NCBI GenBank assembly: GCA_029287435.1
Contig: JARFRD010000012.1
Location: forward strand, 1 to 50,386
DNA length: 50,386 nucleotides
From: Gammaproteobacteria bacterium
GTDB lineage: Bacteria > Pseudomonadota > Gammaproteobacteria > SZUA-229
Direction: 5' to 3'
Shown here one piece after another: positions 42,246 through 50,386 of the stretch. A program made the position numbers and the translations under genes. The number at the start of each line of letters is the position of its first letter. Within the stretch, counting starts at the first letter, position 1. The notes beneath the pieces were generated by a model that saw only the letters and a program-made list of their open reading frames with translations, did not search any database and was not told where the DNA came from.

Positions 42246-43463
42246 TTATTTCTTACCCGCTGCAATGCGCAAGCGAAGTGCATTCAGCTTGATAAAACCT
42301 TCCGCATCTTTCTGATCGTAAGCACCCGCATCATCTTCAAAGGTTGCGATGTCTTCGTCGAACAGTGAGTTGTCTGAACGGCGGCCCACAACTTCAACGT
42401 TACCCTTGTACAGTTTCAGGCGTACATCACCGTTAACATTAACCTGTGATGCGTCAATCATCTGCTGCATCATTTCACGCTCCGGGCTCCACCAGTAGCC
42501 GTTATAAACCAGCTTGGCATAGCGTGGCATCAGCTCATCCTTTAAATGGGCAACTTCACGATCGAGCGTCAAAGACTCAATCGCACGGTGCGCTTTCAGC
42601 ATGATGGTACCGCCGGGTGTTTCGTAGCAGCCGCGTGACTTCATGCCAACATAACGGTTCTCAACGATATCATCACGACCAATACCGTTGTCACCCGCGA
42701 GCTGGTTCAGTTTCGTCAGTACCTGTGCCGGCGTCATGTCTTCACCATCGATAGAGACAATGTCGCCTTTACGGTAACCCAGTTCTATGTAAGTCGGTGT
42801 GTCCGGTGCTTTCTCCGGTGACACTGTCCAGCGCCACATCTCTTCTTCCGGTTCAGCCCATGGATCTTCGAGCACGCCACCTTCGTAGGAAATATGCAGC
42901 AGGTTGGCATCCATCGAGTACGGTGATTTCTTACCCTTGTTGAAATCGACAGGAATATTATGCTGCTCGGCATAAGCCATCAGCTTCTCGCGTGACAGCA
43001 AATCCCATTCACGCCAGGGCGCAATGATGTGGACATCGGGTTTTAACGCATAGGCGCCCAGTTCGAAACGCACCTGGTCATTACCTTTTCCGGTTGCGCC
43101 ATGCGAGATTGCATCAGCACCGGTTTCATTCGCAATTTCAACCAGACGCTTGGCAATCAGCGGACGTGCTATAGATGTACCAAGCAGGTACTCGCCCTCG
43201 TAGATCGTGTTGGCACGAAACATCGGATAAACGTAATCACGTACGAACTCTTCGCGCAGATCTTCAATGTAGATTTCCTTTACACCCAGCGCTTCGGCCT
43301 TGGCACGTGCTGGCTCAACTTCCTCACCCTGCCCGATATCTGCAGTGAACGTCACTATTTCGCAACCGTAGGTATCTTCCAGCCATTTCAGAATAACTGA
43401 TGTATCCAGACCACCCGAGTAGGCAAGTACCGCTTTATTGATGGAAGATTTATTCGCAGACAT
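42246..43463 (-). CDS. argG: Argininosuccinate synthase
   Basis: [34 protein letters not shown] and [11 protein letters not shown]. Confidence 0.99.
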   Translation of the reverse strand: MSANKSSINKAVLAYSGGLDTSVILKWLEDTYGCEIVTFTADIGQGEEVEPARAKAEALGVKEIYIEDLREEFVRDYVYPMFRANTIYEGEYLLGTSIARPLIAKRLVEIANETGADAISHGATGKGNDQVRFELGAYALKPDVHIIAPWREWDLLSREKLMAYAEQHNIPVDFNKGKKSPYSMDANLLHISYEGGVLEDPWAEPEEEMWRWTVSPEKAPDTPTYIELGYRKGDIVSIDGEDMTPAQVLTKLNQLAGDNGIGRDDIVENRYVGMKSRGCYETPGGTIMLKAHRAIESLTLDREVAHLKDELMPRYAKLVYNGYWWSPEREMMQQMIDASQVNVNGDVRLKLYKGNVEVVGRRSDNSLFDEDIATFEDDAGAYDQKDAEGFIKLNALRLRIAAGKK

Positions 43464-43601
43464 CCGCGCGCTCCGTGAGTTGGTGAATCAGGGGCGGAAT
43501 TATACAGCCTTGTCATCATTTCGTGCGAACTGTGGGTGAAAATCATCCTGCTAAGCTGCCCAAAGCTCAGCCGATAGGTCAGCCGTTTAAAGGCATTCGG
43601 T

Positions 43602-43635
43602 TCGACTAAAGTACAATTAACTTCTATAATTCCGC
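43602..43635 (+). promoter_or_regulatory. Putative sigma70 promoter of aceE-aceF-lpdA
   Basis: TCGACT-N17-TATAAT followed by a GC-rich TCCGC discriminator. Confidence 0.6.
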
Positions 43636-43782
43636 TTTCTGGCGGCACAGGGCCACCGCTGAGCCTCCGCTAACAGCAATGGGACTGCATCCCGTTACAA
43701 TAATAAGCTCAAATAATTTCGCAGAAAACGCAGGCATATTTCACGATTTTGCAGCGTTCTGCATTGAACGTGTGAGAGATAG

Positions 43783-46443
43783 ATGACAGATCAACACGAT
43801 ATCGACCCTCAGGAAACCCGGGAGTGGCTCGACGCCCTCGACGCGGTTATCGAAAACGAGGGTCTGGAACGCGCGCATTACCTGCTGGAAAAGCTGATCG
43901 ACGACGCTCGTCGCTCAGGCGCGAATTTGCCGTTCACCAATAACACGGCTTACCTGAATACTATCCCGGTCCATATGCAGGAACGCCACCCGGGTGATAC
44001 CGCCATCGAGCGCCGTATCAAGTCACTGGTACGCTGGAATGCGATGGCCATGGTGGTTCGCGCCAACAAGGAAAGCTCCGAGCTTGGCGGCCATATCGCC
44101 AGCTTTGCCTCGGCGGCAACCCTGTATGATGTTGGCCTCAACCATTTCTTCCGTGCACCCAGTCATGAACACGGCGGTGACCTCGTCTTTATGCAGGGAC
44201 ACTCTGCCCCTGGCATCTACGCACGCGCTTACCTCGAAGGCCGCCTGAACGAAGATCAACTGGATAAATTCCGCCAGGAAGTCGATGGTGACGGGCTGTC
44301 TTCCTACCCTCACCCCTGGCTGATGCCTGACTTCTGGCAATTCCCGACGGTTTCCATGGGCCTTGGCCCGATCATGGCGATTTACCAGGCGCGCTTCATG
44401 AAGTACCTGCAGGATCGTGGCCTCGCACATACAGCTGGACGCAAGGTATGGGCCTTTTGCGGTGATGGTGAAATGGACGAGCCGGAATCACTTGGTGCTA
44501 TTTCGCTGGCTGGCAGGGAGAAACTCGACAACCTGGTCTTCGTCATCAACTGCAACCTGCAACGTCTGGATGGCCCGGTCCGTGGTAACGGCAAGATTAT
44601 CCAGGAACTGGAATCTGTTTTCCGCGGCGCAGGCTGGAATGTCATCAAGGTTGTCTGGGGCAGCTACTGGGACAAGTTGCTGGCCAGGGATAAAGACGGC
44701 CTGCTGCGTAAACGCATGGAAGAAGTAGTTGATGGTGATTACCAGAACTACAAGGCCAAAGACGGCGCCTATGTGCGCGAACACTTCTTCGGTAAATACC
44801 CCGAATTGAAAGACATGGTAGCTACCATGTCTGATGACGACATCTGGCGTCTGAACCGTGGTGGCCACGATCCACACAAGGTATTCGCCGCCTATGCATC
44901 GGCTGTGAAGCACGAGGGCCAGCCTACCGTGATCCTGACCAAGACCGTGAAAGGCTATGGTATGGGTGAAGCCGGTGAAGGCCAGAACATTACGCATTCA
45001 CAGAAGAAGATGAATATCGAAGCCCTGAAACAGTTCCGCGATCGCTTCGATATCCCGCTGACCGAAGAACAGGTCGAGAACGCCGAATACTTCCGCCCCG
45101 CTGATGACAGCGAGGAAATGAAATACCTGCAGGAACGCCGCAAGGCACTGGGTGGCTACCTGCCGTCACGCCAACACCTGGCAGCGCCGCTTGAAATACC
45201 TGGCCTCGACATCTTCAGTGCCATGCTGGAAGGCTCCGGCGATCGCGAAATGTCGACTACCATGGCTTTTGTACGCATGCTGACTGCACTCGCGCGCGAC
45301 AAGAAGATTGGCAAAAACGTCGTACCTATCGTACCGGATGAAGCCCGCACCTTTGGCATGGAAGGCATGTTCCGCCAGCTCGGTATCTACTCTTCCGTTG
45401 GCCAGCTTTACAAGCCGCAGGATGCAGACCAGGTTATGTTCTACAAGGAAGACCAGAGCGGCCAGATCCTGGAAGAAGGTATTAACGAAGCCGGCGCCAT
45501 GTCTTCGTGGATTGCTGCTGCTACAGCATACAGCTCACACGGCGTGAACATGATCCCGTTCTACATTTATTACTCCATGTTTGGCTTCCAGCGTATCGGT
45601 GATCTTGCCTGGGCAGCTGGCGACATGCAGGCCCGCGGCTTCCTCATCGGCGGCACTGCCGGCCGCACCACGCTTGCCGGTGAAGGCCTGCAACACCAGG
45701 ATGGTCATGGCCTGCTGATGGCATCCACCATTCCTAACTGTGTTGCCTATGATCCCTGCTGGGCCTATGAAATGGCCGTTATCATTCATGACGGTATGCG
45801 TCGCATGGCGCAGGAACAGGAGAGCATCTACTACTATGTCACCGCAATGAATGAGAATTACGTTCAGCCCGCCATGCCTAAAGGTGTCGAACAGGGCATC
45901 GTCAAAGGCATGTACCGCTACAGTGAAGACAAGGCAAAGAAAGGCGAGCACAAGGCACAGTTATTCGGCAGTGGCACCATTCTGCGTGAAGTCATCGCCG
46001 CTGCAGAGCAGCTCAAGAACGACTGGGGTGTTAGTGCCGATGTCTGGAGCGTCACCAGTTATAACGAACTGGCCCGTGAAGCCCGTGACTGCGAACGCTG
46101 GAACATGCTGAATCCTGAGAAGAAAGCGCGCATCAGTTATGTCGAAGACCAGTTAAAAGACTGCGAAGGCCCCGTCATTTCCTCATCCGACTATGTACGC
46201 AACGTCGCCGAGCAGATCCGTAACTATGTACCCGCTACCTATACCGTTCTCGGTACTGATGGTTTCGGTCGTTCCGATACACGCAAGCAGTTGCGCAAGC
46301 ATTTTGAAGTCAACAGTGATTACGTCACCCTGGCGACACTTAAAACACTCGCTGATGAAGGCACTATCCCGGCATCCAAAGTCAAGGAAGCCATCAAGAA
46401 ATATGGCATCAGCGTTAGAAAACCTAACCCGCTCACGGCGTAA
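43783..46443 (+). CDS. aceE: Pyruvate dehydrogenase E1 component, homodimeric type
   Basis: DIDPQETREWLDAL, TPP motif GDGEMDEPES...NCNLQRLDG and GLQHQDGH. Confidence 0.99.
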   Translation: MTDQHDIDPQETREWLDALDAVIENEGLERAHYLLEKLIDDARRSGANLPFTNNTAYLNTIPVHMQERHPGDTAIERRIKSLVRWNAMAMVVRANKESSELGGHIASFASAATLYDVGLNHFFRAPSHEHGGDLVFMQGHSAPGIYARAYLEGRLNEDQLDKFRQEVDGDGLSSYPHPWLMPDFWQFPTVSMGLGPIMAIYQARFMKYLQDRGLAHTAGRKVWAFCGDGEMDEPESLGAISLAGREKLDNLVFVINCNLQRLDGPVRGNGKIIQELESVFRGAGWNVIKVVWGSYWDKLLARDKDGLLRKRMEEVVDGDYQNYKAKDGAYVREHFFGKYPELKDMVATMSDDDIWRLNRGGHDPHKVFAAYASAVKHEGQPTVILTKTVKGYGMGEAGEGQNITHSQKKMNIEALKQFRDRFDIPLTEEQVENAEYFRPADDSEEMKYLQERRKALGGYLPSRQHLAAPLEIPGLDIFSAMLEGSGDREMSTTMAFVRMLTALARDKKIGKNVVPIVPDEARTFGMEGMFRQLGIYSSVGQLYKPQDADQVMFYKEDQSGQILEEGINEAGAMSSWIAAATAYSSHGVNMIPFYIYYSMFGFQRIGDLAWAAGDMQARGFLIGGTAGRTTLAGEGLQHQDGHGLLMASTIPNCVAYDPCWAYEMAVIIHDGMRRMAQEQESIYYYVTAMNENYVQPAMPKGVEQGIVKGMYRYSEDKAKKGEHKAQLFGSGTILREVIAAAEQLKNDWGVSADVWSVTSYNELAREARDCERWNMLNPEKKARISYVEDQLKDCEGPVISSSDYVRNVAEQIRNYVPATYTVLGTDGFGRSDTRKQLRKHFEVNSDYVTLATLKTLADEGTIPASKVKEAIKKYGISVRKPNPLTA

Positions 46444-46455
46444 CAGGAATCAGAT

Positions 46456-47769
46456 ATGGCAGATGTAAAAGACATACTTGTTCCTGACATAGGCGACTTC
46501 GAGGGCGTTGAAGTCATCGAGATCATTGTCTCACCCGGCGACAGCATCAACGTTGAAGATCCACTGGTCTCACTGGAGTCTGACAAGGCCGCGATGGAAA
46601 TCCCGTCGCCGGAAGCAGGCACAGTCAAAGATGTAAAAGTAAACATCGGTGATAAGGTATCACAGGGCGACCTGCTGATTACCATGGAAGTTTCTGCATC
46701 TGCGGCCGCAGCACCGGAAGCAGAAGAGACTGAAGCCGCACCGGCATCTGCACCCGAGGCAACAAAACCTGCAGCCGCACAGGAAAAACCGGCCGCACCA
46801 GCACCGGCCCCTGCATCTACACCTGCAAACAGGCCACCGCCAGTCACACCCTCACCGGTTGATGAAGCCGGCTTCCGTAAAGCCCACGCCAGCCCATCCG
46901 TGCGCAAGTTTGCGCGTGAGCTCGGTGCTGACCTGGGGCAGATTACCGGTTCCGGTAACAAGGGACGAATCCTTAAAGAGGACGTCAAGGCATTTGTTAA
47001 AAAGGTACTCACTTCGGGCACTTCTGGCGGGCTGGGTGTTGCACCAATGCCTGAAATCGATTTCAGCCAGTTCGGTGATATCGAAACCCAGCCGTTAACC
47101 AAGATCAACAAGCTGACCGGTCAGTTCCTGCACCGTAACTGGGTCACGGTTCCGCATGTCACCCAGTTTGATGAAGCTGATATCACGGAGCTGGAAGCCT
47201 TCCGTAAAAAGCTCAACGAAGAACATAAAGCCGAAGGTGTGCGCGTTACCGTGCTCGCCTTCCTGATGAAAGCGCTGGTTTCTGCTCTCAAGGAATTTCC
47301 TCGCTTCAATTCATCACTGGATGCAACCGGTGAGAACCTGGTGCTGAAGAAGTACATTCATATTGGTGTCGCTGTCGATACACCCGATGGACTGGTTGTC
47401 CCGGTAATACGTGACTGTGATCGCAAGTCGTTAACAGATCTTGCCAGTGAACTGATTGAAGTCAGCGGCAAAGCGCGTGACAAGAAACTGTCGCCCGCAG
47501 ATATGTCCGGTGGCTGTATCAGCATTTCCAGCCTTGGAGGTATTGGTGGTACTGCATTCACACCAATTGTAAATGCACCCGAGGTTGCAATACTCGGCGT
47601 ATCACGTGCACAAATGAAACCGGTCTATAAAGATGGCGAATTTGAACCACGGCTGATATTGCCACTGTCACTATCCTATGATCATCGCGTAATCGATGGC
47701 GCTGATGGCGCGCGCTTTACCTCATTCCTGAGTAAAGTGTTATCTGATACCCGTCGCCTGCTACTCTAG
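46456..47769 (+). CDS. aceF: Dihydrolipoyllysine-residue acetyltransferase E2 (single lipoyl domain)
   Basis: One LESDKA lipoyl motif, E3-binding HASPSVRKFARE...GRI and catalytic DHRVIDG. Confidence 0.98.
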   Translation: MADVKDILVPDIGDFEGVEVIEIIVSPGDSINVEDPLVSLESDKAAMEIPSPEAGTVKDVKVNIGDKVSQGDLLITMEVSASAAAAPEAEETEAAPASAPEATKPAAAQEKPAAPAPAPASTPANRPPPVTPSPVDEAGFRKAHASPSVRKFARELGADLGQITGSGNKGRILKEDVKAFVKKVLTSGTSGGLGVAPMPEIDFSQFGDIETQPLTKINKLTGQFLHRNWVTVPHVTQFDEADITELEAFRKKLNEEHKAEGVRVTVLAFLMKALVSALKEFPRFNSSLDATGENLVLKKYIHIGVAVDTPDGLVVPVIRDCDRKSLTDLASELIEVSGKARDKKLSPADMSGGCISISSLGGIGGTAFTPIVNAPEVAILGVSRAQMKPVYKDGEFEPRLILPLSLSYDHRVIDGADGARFTSFLSKVLSDTRRLLL

Positions 47770-47778
47770 GATTTCGTC

Positions 47779-49542
47779 ATGTCAAAGATTGTTAAGGTAG
47801 AAGTTCCTGACATCGGTGATTTTTCTGACGTCGATATCATCGAAGTCCTGGTTAATCCCGGTGACTCAATTGCCGCGGAAGATGCACTGATCACGCTCGA
47901 GTCTGACAAGGCAACGATCGAAATACCTTCACCACAGGCCGGTACGGTTAAAGAAGTACTGGTCAAGGTGAATGACAAGGTCTCTCAGGGTGATCTGATA
48001 CTGACCATGGAGCTAACTGATACAGCTGCACCTTCGACCGAAAAAGTGCAAGAGAAAGAAACTACTGAAGAAACACCGGCCACGAGTGCAGCCACTTCTG
48101 CACCAGAAGCAAAAGCAGTACCTGCCGGTGACAGCGACATGCATGCCGAAGTCGTAGTACTTGGCTCAGGCCCTGGTGGTTATACCGCGGCATTCCGCGC
48201 TGCCGATCTCGGCAAGAAAGTCATCCTGATCGAACGTTACTCGAACATCGGCGGTGTCTGCCTCAATGTCGGCTGCATTCCATCAAAAGCACTGTTGCAC
48301 ACTGCACAGATCATCAACGAAACCGACGAGATGGCCGAACACGGTGTTACTTTCGGTAAACCAAAAATAGATTTACCCAGGCTGGCCGACTTCAAGAACA
48401 AGGTCATTGGCCAGCTCACCGGCGGACTCGCGCAGCTAGCCAAAAAACGCAAGGTTGAAATCGTTACCGGTTATGGTCGTTTCACTTCACCGAAAACAAT
48501 CGAAGTCGAAAACGAAGGCAAGAAGGCAACCGTATCTTTTGATGACTGTATTATTGCTGCCGGCTCCAAGGTGATGCGTATACCGGGATTCCCGTATGAA
48601 GACGAACGCCTGATGGATTCAACTGGCGCACTGGAGCTTGCAGATGTTCCCAAGCGTTTACTCGTCATCGGTGGTGGCATCATCGGTCTTGAAATGGCAA
48701 CGGTATACGACGCGCTGGGCTCAAAAGTATCAATCGTCGAACTCTCGCCGGGGCTGATCCCGGGCTGTGATCGTGACCTGGTACGCCCGCTGGAAAAACG
48801 CGTGAAGAAGCGTTATGAAAACATCTGGCTGAATGCGAAAGTCACCGACATCAAGGCACTTAAAGGCGGACTTAAAGTCACCTTCGAGGGCAAAAAAGTG
48901 CCGGAAACCGATACCTTCGATCGCGTACTGCTCGCAGTAGGTCGTAGCCCGAACGGTAACGATATCGCTGCGGATAACGCTGGCGTTGCTGTTGACGAAC
49001 GCGGCTTCATCCCAGTAGACAAACAGCAGAAAACCAATGTACCGAATATCTATGCCATCGGCGATATCGTTGGCCAGCCCATGCTGGCTCACAAAGCCAC
49101 GCATGAGGGCAAAGTCGCAGCCGAAGTTATCTCCGGCATGAAGTCATTCTTTGATGCCAAAACCATTCCTTCCGTTGCCTATACTGATCCCGAAGTTGCC
49201 TGGATGGGTTTAACAGAAGAACAGGCTAAAGCCGATGGCATCGAATACGAGAAAGGTGTCTTCCCTTGGGCCGCCAGCGGTCGCTCGCTGAGCATAGGCC
49301 GCAATGAGGGCATAACCAAGATACTGTTTGAAAAAGGCAGCCATCGTATCATCGGAGCCGGTATGACAGGACCTAATGCAGGCGAACTGATTGCAGAAGC
49401 GGTACTTGCACTGGAAATGGGGGCTGATGTTGAAGACATTGCACTGACTGTACACCCCCATCCGACACTATCAGAAACATTCAACTTTGCTGCCGAGGTT
49501 GCTGAAGGCACATGTACGGATATATACGCACCCAAGAGCTAG
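47779..49542 (+). CDS. lpdA: Dihydrolipoamide dehydrogenase with N-terminal lipoyl domain
   Basis: N-terminal LESDKA lipoyl domain and linker; GSGPGG, GGVCLNVGCIPSK and HPHPTLSE. Confidence 0.98.
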   Translation: MSKIVKVEVPDIGDFSDVDIIEVLVNPGDSIAAEDALITLESDKATIEIPSPQAGTVKEVLVKVNDKVSQGDLILTMELTDTAAPSTEKVQEKETTEETPATSAATSAPEAKAVPAGDSDMHAEVVVLGSGPGGYTAAFRAADLGKKVILIERYSNIGGVCLNVGCIPSKALLHTAQIINETDEMAEHGVTFGKPKIDLPRLADFKNKVIGQLTGGLAQLAKKRKVEIVTGYGRFTSPKTIEVENEGKKATVSFDDCIIAAGSKVMRIPGFPYEDERLMDSTGALELADVPKRLLVIGGGIIGLEMATVYDALGSKVSIVELSPGLIPGCDRDLVRPLEKRVKKRYENIWLNAKVTDIKALKGGLKVTFEGKKVPETDTFDRVLLAVGRSPNGNDIAADNAGVAVDERGFIPVDKQQKTNVPNIYAIGDIVGQPMLAHKATHEGKVAAEVISGMKSFFDAKTIPSVAYTDPEVAWMGLTEEQAKADGIEYEKGVFPWAASGRSLSIGRNEGITKILFEKGSHRIIGAGMTGPNAGELIAEAVLALEMGADVEDIALTVHPHPTLSETFNFAAEVAEGTCTDIYAPKS

Positions 49543-49562
49543 CACATCATAGAGTTAATTGA

Positions 49563-50186
49563 ATGGGTAAGAAAAAAGACAAGACAGAAAAGGAAAAGAC
49601 AAAGAAAAAAAAGAAATCAAAACCCAAATCCGTGACACCAGCAGAGCCGCTTGAAATTCAGCCTGCTCTCGAGCCTGAATTCGAACCCGAGCCCAAGATT
49701 ATCGAGTCAGTTGAAAGCACCTCAGTCGACGGCCTGATAGAGCTTGTAAAAATACTCGATCAGAACATCGAACTGATCAATCAATCCAACCATGAATTAC
49801 GGCAAGAAATTGCACAGAATCAACAGAAACTACAAAGACAAAACACCATTTACAAATACGTATGTATTGCTCTAACCGTAGGTATTATTATAACCGGATA
49901 CAACACTGCGACACTCAATTCACGCATCACTGACAACAGGGAAAAGCTCTCTAACCAGATGACAGCACAAATAGGCGCCATAGACGCTTCGATTAAATCC
50001 ATATCAGCCGATATAAATCAGTTGAATTCCAGTGTAGAAACGCTTACCAGTCAGCTCTTAACAATCAAGCAAGATATCAACACATTACAAGTTGAGAATA
50101 ACGACAAAAACACAGAACAGACAGGCAAGCCCTACAATCCATGGAACACTACGCGCCCCCGGCAAAATAGATCTTATTGGCGGTAA
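49563..50186 (+). CDS. Hypothetical bitopic coiled-coil protein
   Basis: 207-aa ATG-started ORF 20 nt after lpdA; Lys-rich head, Pro/Glu linker, heptad segments on both sides of a hydrophobic stretch. No family recognised. Confidence 0.7.
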   Translation: MGKKKDKTEKEKTKKKKKSKPKSVTPAEPLEIQPALEPEFEPEPKIIESVESTSVDGLIELVKILDQNIELINQSNHELRQEIAQNQQKLQRQNTIYKYVCIALTVGIIITGYNTATLNSRITDNREKLSNQMTAQIGAIDASIKSISADINQLNSSVETLTSQLLTIKQDINTLQVENNDKNTEQTGKPYNPWNTTRPRQNRSYWR

Positions 50187-50205
50187 ATACTGAATGCCTG
50201 CTTTC

Positions 50206-50380
50206 GGCTGCGGTTTCAACCGGTCGATGCAACACATGCATTAAAACGTTCTGCCGGAGTTTCAAATTCTAACGTCTCACGAGGACGCTCATTTAACTCA
50301 CGTGCAACCCGATTTAACGTTGCCTGAGAGTGTACTGATAAGTCTGTACCTTTGGGGAAATACTGTCTTAGCAGACGCTC
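50206..50380 (-). mobile_element. IS30-family transposase C-terminal remnant with right end
   Basis: Manual minus-strand translation of 50380-50216: [54 protein letters not shown]. In-frame TAG at 50381-50383. The end sequence TGTTGCATCGACCGGTTGAAACCGCAGCC looks like an IS30 inverted repeat. Confidence 0.85.
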
Positions 50381-50386
50381 CTAGAT

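Noticed and set aside
43494-43635. Perfect 11-bp inverted pair GCGGAATTATA / TATAATTCCGC about 120 bp apart
   Set aside because: Explained as the -10 plus discriminator of the divergent argG and aceE promoters, not element ends.

Overview
Core-genome window of a gammaproteobacterium. The combination of CIRCE-controlled groESL, HprK, short HisG, lipoyl-bearing LpdA and petABC-sspAB suggests a non-enteric, possibly Chromatiales/Thiotrichales-like lineage (inference). Gene order: groEL(partial)-groES-fxsA; dsbD-tlpA-aroQ-accBC; an XkdW-like membrane protein, a TraB/GumN gene and rsmI; lpoA-yraN-gmhA; petABC-sspAB; degS; mlaFEDCB-murA-(four-helix-bundle gene)-hisG-hisD-(antisense hsp20)-hisC; yrbG-kdsD-kdsC-lptCAB-rpoN-hpf-ptsN-hprK-rapZ-EIIA-HPr-EI-mgtE; ppsA; a repeat lipoprotein; argG; aceEF-lpdA; an orphan coiled-coil protein; an IS30 remnant at the edge. 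No rRNA, tRNA or CRISPR array was seen. The novelty is mostly intergenic. (1) Three heptamer-periodic inverted-repeat elements occur: two empty and one enclosing an AT-rich four-helix-bundle gene inside the murA-hisG operon. (2) At least three other palindromic or MITE-like element types occur, one apparently nested in another. (3) An 11-bp-periodic Pho-box-like array with phoA-like promoter geometry precedes an uncharacterised two-repeat lipoprotein. (4) hsp20 sits antisense within the his operon, with tandem sigma32-like promoters overlapping a putative hisC promoter. All calls come from manual reading and recalled family motifs; no database searches were run.
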